Assembly (NCBI RefSeq): GCF_001598795.1
Contig: NZ_BCZP01000006.1
Span: forward strand, 30,001-62,000
DNA: 32,000 nucleotides
Direction of reading: 5' to 3'
Source of the DNA: Delftia acidovorans NBRC 14950
GTDB lineage: Bacteria; Pseudomonadota; Gammaproteobacteria; Burkholderiales; Burkholderiaceae_C
Part shown: positions 16,070-29,006 of the stretch, one piece after another
Numbering within the stretch: the first letter of the stretch is position 1
How the letters are laid out: the number at the start of each line of letters is the position of its first letter
Notes under the pieces: generated by a model
Seen by the model: only the letters and a program-made list of their open reading frames with translations
Told to the model about the DNA's origin: nothing
Database searches by the model: none
Program-made: the position numbers and the translations under genes

Positions 16070-16224
16070 AGCCTTTGCTGGACGCAGGCTTGCGCGCAAG
16101 GTGGCCCGCCTCTTGCTTGCAACTTCTGCGTACATGTTCCGGCCGAACGGCTTTTGTGGGGCCTTGCGAACTGCCGCCATGGCCCGGCGTCTAAAATGAT
16201 CTGCAATTCTTAGGAGAGATTCTC

Positions 16225-16464
16225 ATGGGCTCGTTTTCCATCTGGCATTGGCTGATCGTCCTGGCCATCGTGGTTCTGGTGTTCGGCACCAAGAAGCTGA
16301 AGAACATCGGTTCCGACCTCGGCGGCGCCGTCAAGGGCTTCAAGGACGGCGTGAAGGACGGCTCGACCTCCACCGACACTCCCGCAGCCGCTCCCGGCCA
16401 GGTCGCCGGCCAGACGGCTGCCGACAAGACCACCATCGACGTCGAAGCCAAGCAAAAGAGCTGA
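16225..16464 (+). CDS. tatA: Twin-arginine translocase subunit TatA
   Basis: 79 aa: [48 protein letters not shown] upstream. Confidence 0.92.
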   Translation: MGSFSIWHWLIVLAIVVLVFGTKKLKNIGSDLGGAVKGFKDGVKDGSTSTDTPAAAPGQVAGQTAADKTTIDVEAKQKS

Positions 16465-16485
16465 TGGCCCGCACGCCAAGCTTCC

Positions 16486-16983
16486 ATGTTTGATATTGGC
16501 CTTTCCAAGATGGCGCTCATCGGTGCCGTGGCCCTCGTGGTCATCGGTCCCGAGAAGCTGCCGCGCGTGGCGCGTACCGTCGGCACCCTGCTGGGCAAGG
16601 CCCAGCGCTATGTCTCCGATGTGAAGGCCGAGGTCAACCGTTCGATGGAACTCGACGAGTTGCGCAAGATGAAGGACACCGTGGAGGGCGCGGCGCGTGA
16701 CGTCGAGCAGTCCATCCACACTTCGGCCGCCAACTTCGAGAAGGACTGGAACGAGTCCACGGCAGCGCTCAACGGCACGTCTTCCTCGTACGACTCCTCT
16801 TCCTACGGCTCCGACAGCGATACGTACAGCGCCGTGGCGCCGGCCTACCGCCACCCGGGCAAGAACTGGCGCCTCAAGCGTGCCGCCGTGCCCCAGTGGT
16901 ACAAGGCCCGCGCCGGTGTGCGCACCAAGGCGCAGTCGGGCGCGGCGCGCGTGGCGCGCTTTCGCCCCCAGAAGTCCCGCTGA
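16486..16983 (+). CDS. tatB: Twin-arginine translocase subunit TatB
   Basis: 165 aa: [43 protein letters not shown], followed by an amphipathic helix and a Ser-rich tail. Confidence 0.9.
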   Translation: MFDIGLSKMALIGAVALVVIGPEKLPRVARTVGTLLGKAQRYVSDVKAEVNRSMELDELRKMKDTVEGAARDVEQSIHTSAANFEKDWNESTAALNGTSSSYDSSSYGSDSDTYSAVAPAYRHPGKNWRLKRAAVPQWYKARAGVRTKAQSGAARVARFRPQKSR

Positions 16984-17059
16984 AGATGCCGGCGCGCCGC
17001 GGGCCACGAGGCAACCAGCCCAGCCTCTGCCACCCGGGCACCCGCCATTGCCGAATCCT

Positions 17060-17086
17060 GCCCGATCCGTCGGGCTTTCTGCTTTT
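17060..17086 (+). terminator. Intrinsic-terminator-like hairpin between tatB and tatC
   Basis: GCCCGA (17060-17065), loop TCCG, TCGGGC (17070-17075), followed by TTTCTGCTTTT. The stem is only 6 bp. Confidence 0.35.
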
Positions 17087-17133
17087 CACCCCAGGTCCGT
17101 GGATGCCCTTGCGGCCCGCCGCGGTTTCGCACC

Positions 17134-17958
17134 ATGTCCGACATTCCACCTAAAGACGACGAGCTGGCAGGCACCGAGCAGCCTTTCGTCCAGCACCTGA
17201 TGGAGCTGCGCGACCGCCTGCTCTATTGCATCTACGGCATCGGTCTGGCGATCGCCGTGCTGGCCGTGTGGCCCGGCCCCAACGGGCTGATCGACTTCAT
17301 CGCCCACCCGATCAAGGCCCACATGCCGCCCGATGCCAAGCTCATCGCGGTGGGCGTGTTCACGCCCTTCTTCGTACCGCTCAAGGTGCTGATGATGGTG
17401 GGCGTGCTGGCCGTGCTGCCCTGGATCATGTACCAGATGTGGGCCTTTGTGGCACCCGGCCTGTACAGCCATGAAAAGCGCTTTGCGCTGCCGCTGATCA
17501 TCTTCGGCAGCCTGCTGGCCTATATCGGCATCGCCTTCGTGCAGTTCTTCGTACTCGACAAGATGTTCGCCTTCATCCAGGGCTTCACCCCGGACAGCGT
17601 GGCGGCCACGCCGGACATCGCCTCGTATGTGGAGGCCATCCTGTCGCTGTACCTGGCCTTTGGCCTGGCCTTCCAGGTGCCCATCGTGGTCATGCTGCTG
17701 GTGCGCTTCGGCCTGGTGGACATCGCCAAGCTCAAGTCCTTCCGCGGCTATTTCATCGTGGTGGCCTTCATCATCGCCGCCGTGGTCACGCCGCCCGACG
17801 TGATCTCCCAGCTGGCCCTGGCCATTCCGATGTGCATTCTTTACGAGATCGGCATCCTGGGCGCCGGCTGGTTCAGCCGCGTCTCCAAGGCACCGGAAGA
17901 AGAAGCCGAACCCGGCACCGCAGTGGACAAGCCCGCAGAGGATAAACTCTCCCCCTGA
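17134..17958 (+). CDS. tatC: Twin-arginine translocase subunit TatC
   Basis: 274 aa: MSDIPPKDDELAGTEQPFVQHLMELRDRLLY..., six hydrophobic helices, PGLYSHEKR and TPPDVISQ motifs. The last two codons and the stop lie inside repeat copy 2. Confidence 0.92.
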   Translation: MSDIPPKDDELAGTEQPFVQHLMELRDRLLYCIYGIGLAIAVLAVWPGPNGLIDFIAHPIKAHMPPDAKLIAVGVFTPFFVPLKVLMMVGVLAVLPWIMYQMWAFVAPGLYSHEKRFALPLIIFGSLLAYIGIAFVQFFVLDKMFAFIQGFTPDSVAATPDIASYVEAILSLYLAFGLAFQVPIVVMLLVRFGLVDIAKLKSFRGYFIVVAFIIAAVVTPPDVISQLALAIPMCILYEIGILGAGWFSRVSKAPEEEAEPGTAVDKPAEDKLSP

Positions 17959-18069
17959 GTCGCTTCGCGCCTTCCCCCAGAGGGGGACGACACCCTCGGT
18001 GCGGGGCGGCGCGGCCGGCCCAGGCCCTTCCTCGGTGTCCCTCGCTTTAGGGCGCGCCAGTTTCAAGGG
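17951..18069 (-). repeat. Dispersed intergenic repeat, copy 2 (inverted relative to copies 1 and 3)
   Basis: CCCCCTGAGTCGCTTCGCGCCTTCCCCC at 17951-17978 is the exact reverse complement of the copy 1 28-mer. The downstream stretch GACGACACCCTCGGTGCGGGGCGGCGCGGCCGGC is identical to the reverse complement of copy 3, and the following run to ...GGCCCTTCCTCGGTG differs at only two bases. Confidence 0.85.
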
Positions 18070-18098
18070 CCTACGCTGAAACACGAGGAATCTGTAAT

Positions 18099-18131
18099 AA
18101 AAAGCCCTTGGTTCATCACCAAGGGCTTTTT
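18099..18131. terminator. Bidirectional intrinsic terminator between convergent tatC and gltD
   Basis: AAAAAGCCCTTGG (18099-18111), loop TTCATCA, CCAAGGGCTTTTT (18119-18131). Perfect stem with A and T tracts on both sides. Confidence 0.85.
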
Positions 18132-18168
18132 CTTTGTCTATGGCCAAGCCCCTTCCGGGGTTGGCATC

Positions 18169-19644
18169 TCACCGAGGCAGGTCGGACGCGCCCATCAAGA
18201 ATTCATCGATGGAGCGAGCGGCCTGGCGGCCTTCGCGGATGGCCCAGACCACCAGGGACTGGCCGCGGCGCACGTCGCCGGCGGCGAAGAGCTTGGGCAC
18301 GCTGGTGGCGTAGCCGCCCGTGAAGTCGGTGGTGGCCTTGGCGTTGCCGCGTGCGTCCTTGTCCACGCCAAAGGCGTCGAGCACGGCCTGCACGGGGCTG
18401 ACGAAGCCCATGGCCAGCAGCACCAGGTCGGCCTTGAGCACCTGCTCGCTGCCGGGCACCTCGACCATCTTGCCGTCCTTCATTTCGATGCGCACGGTCT
18501 TGACGGCCGTGACCTGGCCCTTCTCGCCGATGAACTCCTTGGTGGCGATGGCGAACTCGCGCTCGCAGCCTTCCTCGTGGCTGGAGCTGGTGCGCAGCTT
18601 GATCGGCCAGTAGGGCCAGACCAGGGGCTTGTTCTCCTGCTCGGGCGGCATGGGCATCAGCTCGAACTGGGTCACGCTGACGGCGCCGTGGCGGTTGCTG
18701 GTGCCCACGCAGTCGGAGCCGGTGTCGCCGCCACCGATGACGATGACGTGCTTGCCATCGGCCCGCAGCTGGCCCTTGAGCTTGTCGCCCGCGTTGACCT
18801 TGTTTTGCTGCGGCAGGAACTCCATGGCGAAATGGATGCCCTTGAGTTCCCGGCCGGGCACGGGCAGGTCGCGCGACTGCTCGGCACCGCCGGTCAGCAG
18901 CACGGCGTCGAACTCGGCCATGAGCTGCTCGGGGCTGACGGTTTCCTTGGCCCAGTTGGTGACCTTGGAGTCTTCGCCCAGGCCGTCCTTGCCCGCCACC
19001 AGCACGCCGGTACGGATCTTGACGCCTTCGGCCACGAGCTGCTCGACGCGGCGGTCGATGTGCGACTTCTCCATCTTGAAGTCGGGAATGCCGTAGCGCA
19101 GCAGGCCGCCCACGCGGTCGTTCTTCTCGAACAGCGTGACATCGTGGCCGGCGCGCGCCAGTTGCTGCGATGCGGCCAGGCCTGCGGGGCCTGCGCCGAC
19201 CACGGCGACCTTCTTGCCGGTCTTGCGGCTGCTGGGCAGGGGCTTGACCCAGCCTTCGGCCCAGGCACGGTCGATGATGGCGTGCTCGATGGACTTGATG
19301 CCCACGGCGTCGTCGTTGATGTTCAGGGTGCAGGCGGCCTCGCAGGGCGCGGGGCAGATGCGGCCGGTGAACTCCGGGAAGTTGTTGGTGCTGTGCAGCA
19401 CGGCGCTGGCGCTCTTCCAGCCGCCGTGGAAGACCAGGTCGTTGAAGTCCGGAATGATGTTGTTGACCGGGCAGCCGCTGTTGCAGAACGGCGTGCCGCA
19501 GTCCATGCAGCGCGCGCCCTGGATCTTGGCCTGGCTGTCATCGAGGCCGATGACGAATTCCTTGTAGTGCTTCACGCGCTCGACGACGGGCGCGTAGCCC
19601 TCCTCAAGGCGCTCATATTCCATGAAGCCGGTGGTCTTTCCCAT
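18169..19644 (-). CDS. gltD: Glutamate synthase (NADPH) small subunit GltD
   Basis: 491 aa: [30 protein letters not shown]..., Fe-S Cys clusters ([18 protein letters not shown]) and the dinucleotide fold [12 protein letters not shown]. Confidence 0.95.
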   Translation of the reverse strand: MGKTTGFMEYERLEEGYAPVVERVKHYKEFVIGLDDSQAKIQGARCMDCGTPFCNSGCPVNNIIPDFNDLVFHGGWKSASAVLHSTNNFPEFTGRICPAPCEAACTLNINDDAVGIKSIEHAIIDRAWAEGWVKPLPSSRKTGKKVAVVGAGPAGLAASQQLARAGHDVTLFEKNDRVGGLLRYGIPDFKMEKSHIDRRVEQLVAEGVKIRTGVLVAGKDGLGEDSKVTNWAKETVSPEQLMAEFDAVLLTGGAEQSRDLPVPGRELKGIHFAMEFLPQQNKVNAGDKLKGQLRADGKHVIVIGGGDTGSDCVGTSNRHGAVSVTQFELMPMPPEQENKPLVWPYWPIKLRTSSSHEEGCEREFAIATKEFIGEKGQVTAVKTVRIEMKDGKMVEVPGSEQVLKADLVLLAMGFVSPVQAVLDAFGVDKDARGNAKATTDFTGGYATSVPKLFAAGDVRRGQSLVVWAIREGRQAARSIDEFLMGASDLPR

Positions 19645-19713
19645 GATTCGTTGTCCTGATGTGTGGGGTGCAGGGATGGGTGCGGGCCGCTGCCCGCATC
19701 CTTCGCTTCCTTG

Positions 19714-24444
<4,731 letters not shown>

Positions 24445-24477
24445 GGCGGAATCCTCAAATTTTTCGCAGGGAACGCA

Positions 24478-24506
24478 AGATTAAGGCAAGGCATCACCTC
24501 ATGCAA
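24478..24506 (-). promoter_or_regulatory. Candidate sigma70 promoter for gltBD (TTGCAT-N17-TAATCT) with an AT-rich upstream element
   Basis: On the minus strand: TTGCAT (24506-24501), a 17-nt spacer, then TAATCT (24483-24478). TATATAAATTTAT lies immediately upstream. Hexamer match only. Confidence 0.35.
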
Positions 24507-24590
24507 TAAATTTATATAAGGGTCAGATCCCAATTAATTCCATAACAAAAAAATCGGAAATTAATAAGGGACACATTTATTTCACAAAGA

Positions 24591-24619
24591 CCTGCAGTGA
24601 GGAATCAAGCACTTGCAGG
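24591..24619 (-). terminator. Hairpin downstream of the RAYT-like gene
   Basis: CCTGCAGTG (24591-24599) and CACTTGCAGG (24610-24619) pair with one bulge. On the minus strand the hairpin is followed by TCTTTGTGAAAT. It lies 14 nt after the TAG stop. Confidence 0.4.
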
Positions 24620-24632
24620 CTATCAGTGGGTA

Positions 24633-25343
24633 CTAACGCACTGTTGTGGTGCGCTCATTGGTCCGTCCGGGCGGACGGCCGGCGCGCTGGCGGGTCACAC
24701 GGCGCTCGGTGCGCTGTTGTAAATCGGCAATGAATTGCTCATCGCCCAGCGCCCAGCCCCGCAGCGCCGACTGGCTGATGCGCTCGGCGTCGTCGGCGCC
24801 AACCCCCTCTTCCACGGCTTCCACATAGGCTGCATCCCGCGCAAACGGGGTGTTGCCCAGCTCCCAGAACACGGCATGCGGCTGGATCAGCGCGTCGCTG
24901 CGCAGGCCGGCGTTGTGCGCGTAGCTGGACCAGGGCCAGTCGGCCGGCCGCTGGACCAGGCCGGCGCGCACGGGGCTGTCGTCCATGAAGACCATGGTGG
25001 GCAGCAGCCAGCTGGGCTGCAGCACCGTGCCGCGATAGCGGCCTTCCCACAGCGTGCCGCTGCGGCCGTGTCGGTCGTTGAAGTAGCGCACATAGCGCCG
25101 GCCCACAGCCTGCATGAACTTGGGCAGGCCATCGCCGGTGCGGGGCGTGGCCAGCAGGTGGAACTGGCTGGGCAGCAGCACGTAGGCATGCACGGCCACC
25201 TCGCAGCTGCGCGCCATCTCGCGCAGCAGCCCCAGCATGGTTTCCCGGTCCTGGGCATCGATGAAGATATCCCCGCCGTTGTTGCCGAGCTGGATGATGT
25301 GGTGCGGCAGATCCGCAAGAGTGAGTCGGGGCAGGCGGGCCAT
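24633..25343 (-). CDS. REP-associated tyrosine transposase-like protein (IS200/IS605 Y1 family), probably domesticated
   Basis: 236 aa. PHHIIQLGNNGG, VHAYVLLPSQFHLL, GRRYVRYFN, GTLWEGRYRGT and WPWSSY are collinear with the RAYT / COG1943-type family as recalled. The HUH position reads QFH. Confidence 0.75.
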   Translation of the reverse strand: MARLPRLTLADLPHHIIQLGNNGGDIFIDAQDRETMLGLLREMARSCEVAVHAYVLLPSQFHLLATPRTGDGLPKFMQAVGRRYVRYFNDRHGRSGTLWEGRYRGTVLQPSWLLPTMVFMDDSPVRAGLVQRPADWPWSSYAHNAGLRSDALIQPHAVFWELGNTPFARDAAYVEAVEEGVGADDAERISQSALRGWALGDEQFIADLQQRTERRVTRQRAGRPPGRTNERTTTVR

Positions 25344-25398
25344 GGTGCGAGTGCGGGGCGTGGATCGGCAATTATGGAGCGCTGCGCCGCCCGCCGCC

Positions 25399-26238
25399 CT
25401 ACAGGGAAAGCCGCGATGAGGCCCTGAGCAATTGGCTCACCAGCTGCGTGGCGGCCAGCAGCCGGGGCAGCAGTTGCCCGCGCATCATCTCGGCGCTGTT
25501 GCGGTTGGCCTGGCCGCTGATGTTGAGCGCGGCCACGGTGCGCCCGGCTGCGTTCTTCACGGGAGCCGCGATGGAGATCAGGCCTTCGGCCAGTTCCTGG
25601 TCCACCAGGGCCCAGCCCTGGGCGCGCACCTCCAGAATGCGCTGGCGCAGGCGGTCATCATCCTGCTCGGTCAGGGCCGTGAACTGCCGGCGCTCGCGCG
25701 CATCCAGCAGGGCCTGCAGGGATTCATCGCTCTCGCCGGCCAGCAGCACGCGCCCCATCGAGGTCCAGCAGGCCGGCAGGCGCGAGCCCACGCCGAGGTT
25801 GGTGCTCATGATCTTGTGGGTGTGCACGCGCAGCACATAGACGATGTCGCCCCCATCGAGCACGGCGGCCGAGCAGGACTCCTTGACCTCGTCGACCAGG
25901 TTTTCCATCACGGGCTCGGCCAGGTTCCAGACCGGGGTGGAGCTGAGGTAGGCAAAGCCCAGTTCCATGATGCGCGGCGTGAGCTGGAACAGCTTGCCGT
26001 CGCTCTTCACATAGCCCAGCGTCTGCAGCGTCAGCAGGATGCGCCGGGCGCCCGCGCGCGTGAGCCCCGTGCGCGACGCCACCTCGCTGAGCGTCTGCGC
26101 GGGCGCCTCGGCACTGAACGAGCGGATCACGCCCAGGCCGCGCGCGAAGGACTGCACATAGCTGTCGCCGGGGCGCGGCGTGCCGCCCTCTTCTTCAACC
26201 CCACCTGTGGAAATTACGGAAGCGGCATTTTTTTCCAT
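25399..26238 (-). CDS. pcaR: IclR-family transcriptional regulator, PcaR-like
   Basis: 279 aa from the ATG at 26238 (MEKNAASV...). YVQSFARGLGVIRSF...LSEVASRTGLTRAGARRILLTLQTLGYV is an IclR wHTH, followed by an effector domain. It is divergent from pcaIJF. Confidence 0.8.
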   Translation of the reverse strand: MEKNAASVISTGGVEEEGGTPRPGDSYVQSFARGLGVIRSFSAEAPAQTLSEVASRTGLTRAGARRILLTLQTLGYVKSDGKLFQLTPRIMELGFAYLSSTPVWNLAEPVMENLVDEVKESCSAAVLDGGDIVYVLRVHTHKIMSTNLGVGSRLPACWTSMGRVLLAGESDESLQALLDARERRQFTALTEQDDDRLRQRILEVRAQGWALVDQELAEGLISIAAPVKNAAGRTVAALNISGQANRNSAEMMRGQLLPRLLAATQLVSQLLRASSRLSL

Positions 26239-26254
26239 GGCTCTATAATTCTTT

Positions 26255-26293
26255 CTGCGAACTTTTGTTCTACATACGAACATTTTAGCGCAG
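26255..26293. promoter_or_regulatory. Candidate PcaR operator / pcaI promoter region
   Basis: CTGCGAACTTTTGTTCTACATACGAACATTTTAGCGCAG. The ends are inverted (CTGCG...CGCAG). CGAAC-N-TTTT is repeated directly 21 bp apart. The inner inverted repeat is TGTTC-N7-GAACA. Confidence 0.4.
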
Positions 26294-26324
26294 CGCCAGC
26301 GGCCTGCATACCGGAGACAAGCAA

Positions 26325-27026
26325 GTGATCAACAAAATCACCGATACCATCGCCGAGGCGTTGTCGGGCGTCCAGGACGGCTCCACCGTGCTGATCGGGG
26401 GCTTCGGCACCTCGGGCAATCCCACCGAACTCATCGACGGCCTGATCGCCCAGGGCGCACGCGAGCTGACCGTGGTCAACAACAACGCGGGCAACGGCGA
26501 CCAGGGCCTGGCCGCCCTGCTCAAGAGCGGCCAGGTGCGCAAGATCATCTGCAGCTTCCCCCGCCAGGTGGACAGCTGGGTGTTCGACGACCTGTACCGC
26601 AGCGGCAAGATCGAGCTGGAACTCGTGCCCCAGGGCAACCTGGCCGAGCGCCTGCGCGCCGCCGGCGCCGGCATCGGCGGCTTCTTCTGCCCCACGGCCT
26701 ATGGCACGGAGCTGGCCAACGGCAAGGAAACGCGCGAGATCAACGGCAAGCACTATGTGCTGGAGCATCCCATCCACGGCGACGTGGCACTGGTCAAGGC
26801 CGAGAAGGGCGACCGCTGGGGCAACCTCACCTACCGCATGTCGGCCCGCAACTTCGGCCCCGTGATGGCCACGGCGGCCAAGCACACGATCGCCACCGTG
26901 CACGAGATCGTGGAGCTGGGTGCGCTGGACCCCGAGGCCGTGGTCACGCCCGGCATCTACGTGAGCCAGATCGTGAAGATCGACCGCGTGGCCACCCAGG
27001 CCGGCGGCTTCAAGAAAACCGCATGA
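26325..27026 (+). CDS. pcaI: 3-oxoadipate CoA-transferase subunit A
   Basis: 233 aa, GTG start. MINKITDTIAEALSGVQDGSTVLIGGFGTSGNPTELIDGL...ICSFPRQ...GDRWGNLTYR closely parallels P. putida PcaI as recalled. Confidence 0.88.
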   Translation: MINKITDTIAEALSGVQDGSTVLIGGFGTSGNPTELIDGLIAQGARELTVVNNNAGNGDQGLAALLKSGQVRKIICSFPRQVDSWVFDDLYRSGKIELELVPQGNLAERLRAAGAGIGGFFCPTAYGTELANGKETREINGKHYVLEHPIHGDVALVKAEKGDRWGNLTYRMSARNFGPVMATAAKHTIATVHEIVELGALDPEAVVTPGIYVSQIVKIDRVATQAGGFKKTA

Positions 27027-27712
27027 GCGCCCCAACCGCCGAAAGCAAGAGCATGAGCAGCTACCAGAAACGCAGCAAGCAAGAGCTGGCCCGGCGCGTG
27101 GCCGAAGACATCTTCGACGGCGCCTATGTCAACCTGGGCATCGGCATGCCCACCCAGGTGGCCAACCACATCCCCGCCGGCCGCGAGGTCATCCTGCAAA
27201 GCGAGAACGGCATCCTGGGCATGGGCCCGGCGCCCGCCGAAGGCCAGGAGGACTATGACCTGACCAATGCCGGCAAGCAGCCCGTCACCCTGCTGCCGGG
27301 CGGCTGCTACTTCCACCATGCCGACAGCTTCGCCATGATGCGCGGCGGCCACCTGGACATCTGCGTGCTGGGCGCCTTCCAGGTCTCGGCCACGGGCGAC
27401 CTGGCCAACTGGAGCACGGGCGAGGCCGGTGCCATTCCCGCCGTGGGCGGCGCCATGGACCTGGCCGTGGGTGCACGCCAGACCTGGGTGATGATGGACC
27501 TGCTGACCAAGACCGGCGAATGCAAGGTCGTCGAGGCCTGCAGCTACCCGCTCACGGGCCTGTCCTGCGTCAAGCGCATCTACACCGACCTGTGCACGCT
27601 GGAATGCACGCCCGAGGGCCTGCGCCTGATCGACACCGTGCCCGGCCTCTCGCACGCCGAGCTGCAGTCCATCGTGGGCCTGCCCATCAAGGACGCGACG
27701 GCCACGGCCTGA
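27023..27712 (+). CDS. pcaJ: 3-oxoadipate CoA-transferase subunit B
   Basis: 229 aa. ATGA overlap with pcaI. YVNLGIGMPT and SENGILGMGP (the catalytic Glu region) are CoA-transferase family I beta-subunit motifs. Confidence 0.88.
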   Translation: MSAPTAESKSMSSYQKRSKQELARRVAEDIFDGAYVNLGIGMPTQVANHIPAGREVILQSENGILGMGPAPAEGQEDYDLTNAGKQPVTLLPGGCYFHHADSFAMMRGGHLDICVLGAFQVSATGDLANWSTGEAGAIPAVGGAMDLAVGARQTWVMMDLLTKTGECKVVEACSYPLTGLSCVKRIYTDLCTLECTPEGLRLIDTVPGLSHAELQSIVGLPIKDATATA

Positions 27713-27787
27713 TATCCCTCAGCTCCCCCTCAGCGGGTGCGCTGCGGCGCACCCCGGCACCTCTTCATTCTTTTTCCAGGAGACACC

Positions 27788-28999
27788 ATGAGCCAGTCCA
27801 ACCAGGCCTTCATCTGCGACGCCATCCGCACCCCCTTCGGCCGCTACGGCGGCGCCCTGTCCCCGGTGCGTGCCGATGACCTCGGCGCCGTGCCGATCAA
27901 GGCGCTGATGGAGCGCAACCCCGGCGTGGACTGGACGGCCGTGGCCGACGTGCTCTACGGCTGCGCCAACCAGGCCGGCGAAGACAACCGCAACGTGGCG
28001 CGCATGTCCGCCCTGCTGGCCGGCCTGCCCATCGATGTGCCGGGCGCCACCATCAACCGGCTGTGCGGCTCGGGCCTGGACGCCGTGGGCACGGCCGCGC
28101 GCGCTATCAAGGCGGGTGAGGCCCGCCTGATGATCGCGGGCGGCGTGGAAAGCATGAGCCGTGCGCCCTTCGTCATGCCCAAGGCAGAAAGCGCCTTCAG
28201 CCGCAGCAACGCCGTCTATGACACCACCATCGGCTGGCGCTTCGTCAACAAGCTGATGAAGCAGCAGTACGGCGTGGACTCCATGCCCGAGACGGCAGAG
28301 AACGTGGCCGACGACTTCAAGATCGAGCGCGAAGCCCAGGACCGCATGGCCCTGGCCAGCCAGCAAAAGGCCGCCGCCGCCATCGCGGCCGGCTACCTGG
28401 CCAAGGAAATCGTGTCCGTGTCCATTGCCCAGAAGAAGGGCGACGCCATCGTGGTGAGCCAGGACGAGCATCCGCGCGCCACCACCATCGAGGCGCTGGC
28501 CAAGCTCAAGGGCGTGGTGCGCCCGGATGGCACGGTGACGGCCGGCAATGCCAGCGGCGTGAACGATGGCGCCTGCGCCCTGCTGCTGGCCAACGAGGAA
28601 GCCGCCAGGCAATACAACTTGGTGCCGCGCGCCCGCGTGGTCGGCATGGCCGTGGCCGGCGTGGCCCCGCGCATCATGGGCTTCGGCCCCGCGCCCGCCG
28701 TGCGCAAGGTGCTGGCCCTGACCGGCCTGACGCTGGAGCAGATGGACGTGATCGAGCTGAACGAAGCCTTTGCCGCACAGGGCCTGGCCGTGCTGCGCGA
28801 TCTGGGCATTGCCGACGACGACCGCCGCGTCAACCAATGGGGCGGCGCCATTGCGCTGGGCCATCCGCTGGGCGCATCGGGCGCGCGCCTGGCCACCACC
28901 GCCGTGAACCAGCTGCACACGCTGGGCGGCCGCTACGCGCTGTGCACCATGTGCATCGGCGTGGGCCAGGGCATTGCCGTGATCCTGGAAAAGGTCTGA
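27788..28999 (+). CDS. pcaF: 3-oxoadipyl-CoA thiolase
   Basis: 403 aa from the ATG at 27788, with AGGAG SD. FICDAIRTPFGRYGGAL, NRLCGSGLDAV (active-site Cys), NEAFAAQ and CIGVGQGIA are thiolase motifs. Confidence 0.88.
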   Translation: MSQSNQAFICDAIRTPFGRYGGALSPVRADDLGAVPIKALMERNPGVDWTAVADVLYGCANQAGEDNRNVARMSALLAGLPIDVPGATINRLCGSGLDAVGTAARAIKAGEARLMIAGGVESMSRAPFVMPKAESAFSRSNAVYDTTIGWRFVNKLMKQQYGVDSMPETAENVADDFKIEREAQDRMALASQQKAAAAIAAGYLAKEIVSVSIAQKKGDAIVVSQDEHPRATTIEALAKLKGVVRPDGTVTAGNASGVNDGACALLLANEEAARQYNLVPRARVVGMAVAGVAPRIMGFGPAPAVRKVLALTGLTLEQMDVIELNEAFAAQGLAVLRDLGIADDDRRVNQWGGAIALGHPLGASGARLATTAVNQLHTLGGRYALCTMCIGVGQGIAVILEKV

Positions 29000-29006
29000 G
29001 ACTGCG

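Noticed and set aside
16073-16098. AAGCCT-N11-AGGCTT hairpin after the HIT gene as a terminator
   Set aside because: The stem is only 6 bp with an 11-nt loop and no T tract. It is too weak to call.
17047-17057. 11-mer ATTGCCGAATC shared with 29887-29897, both upstream of gene starts
   Set aside because: Exact 11-mer matches are expected by chance many times in 32 kb on two strands. There is no flanking similarity.
24445-25398. RAYT gene flanks as REP/REPIN pairs related to the three-copy repeat
   Set aside because: Neither flank contains the 28-mer or any inverted pair resembling it. The downstream hairpin (24591-24619) is unrelated and looks like an ordinary terminator, so a functional link remains pure speculation.
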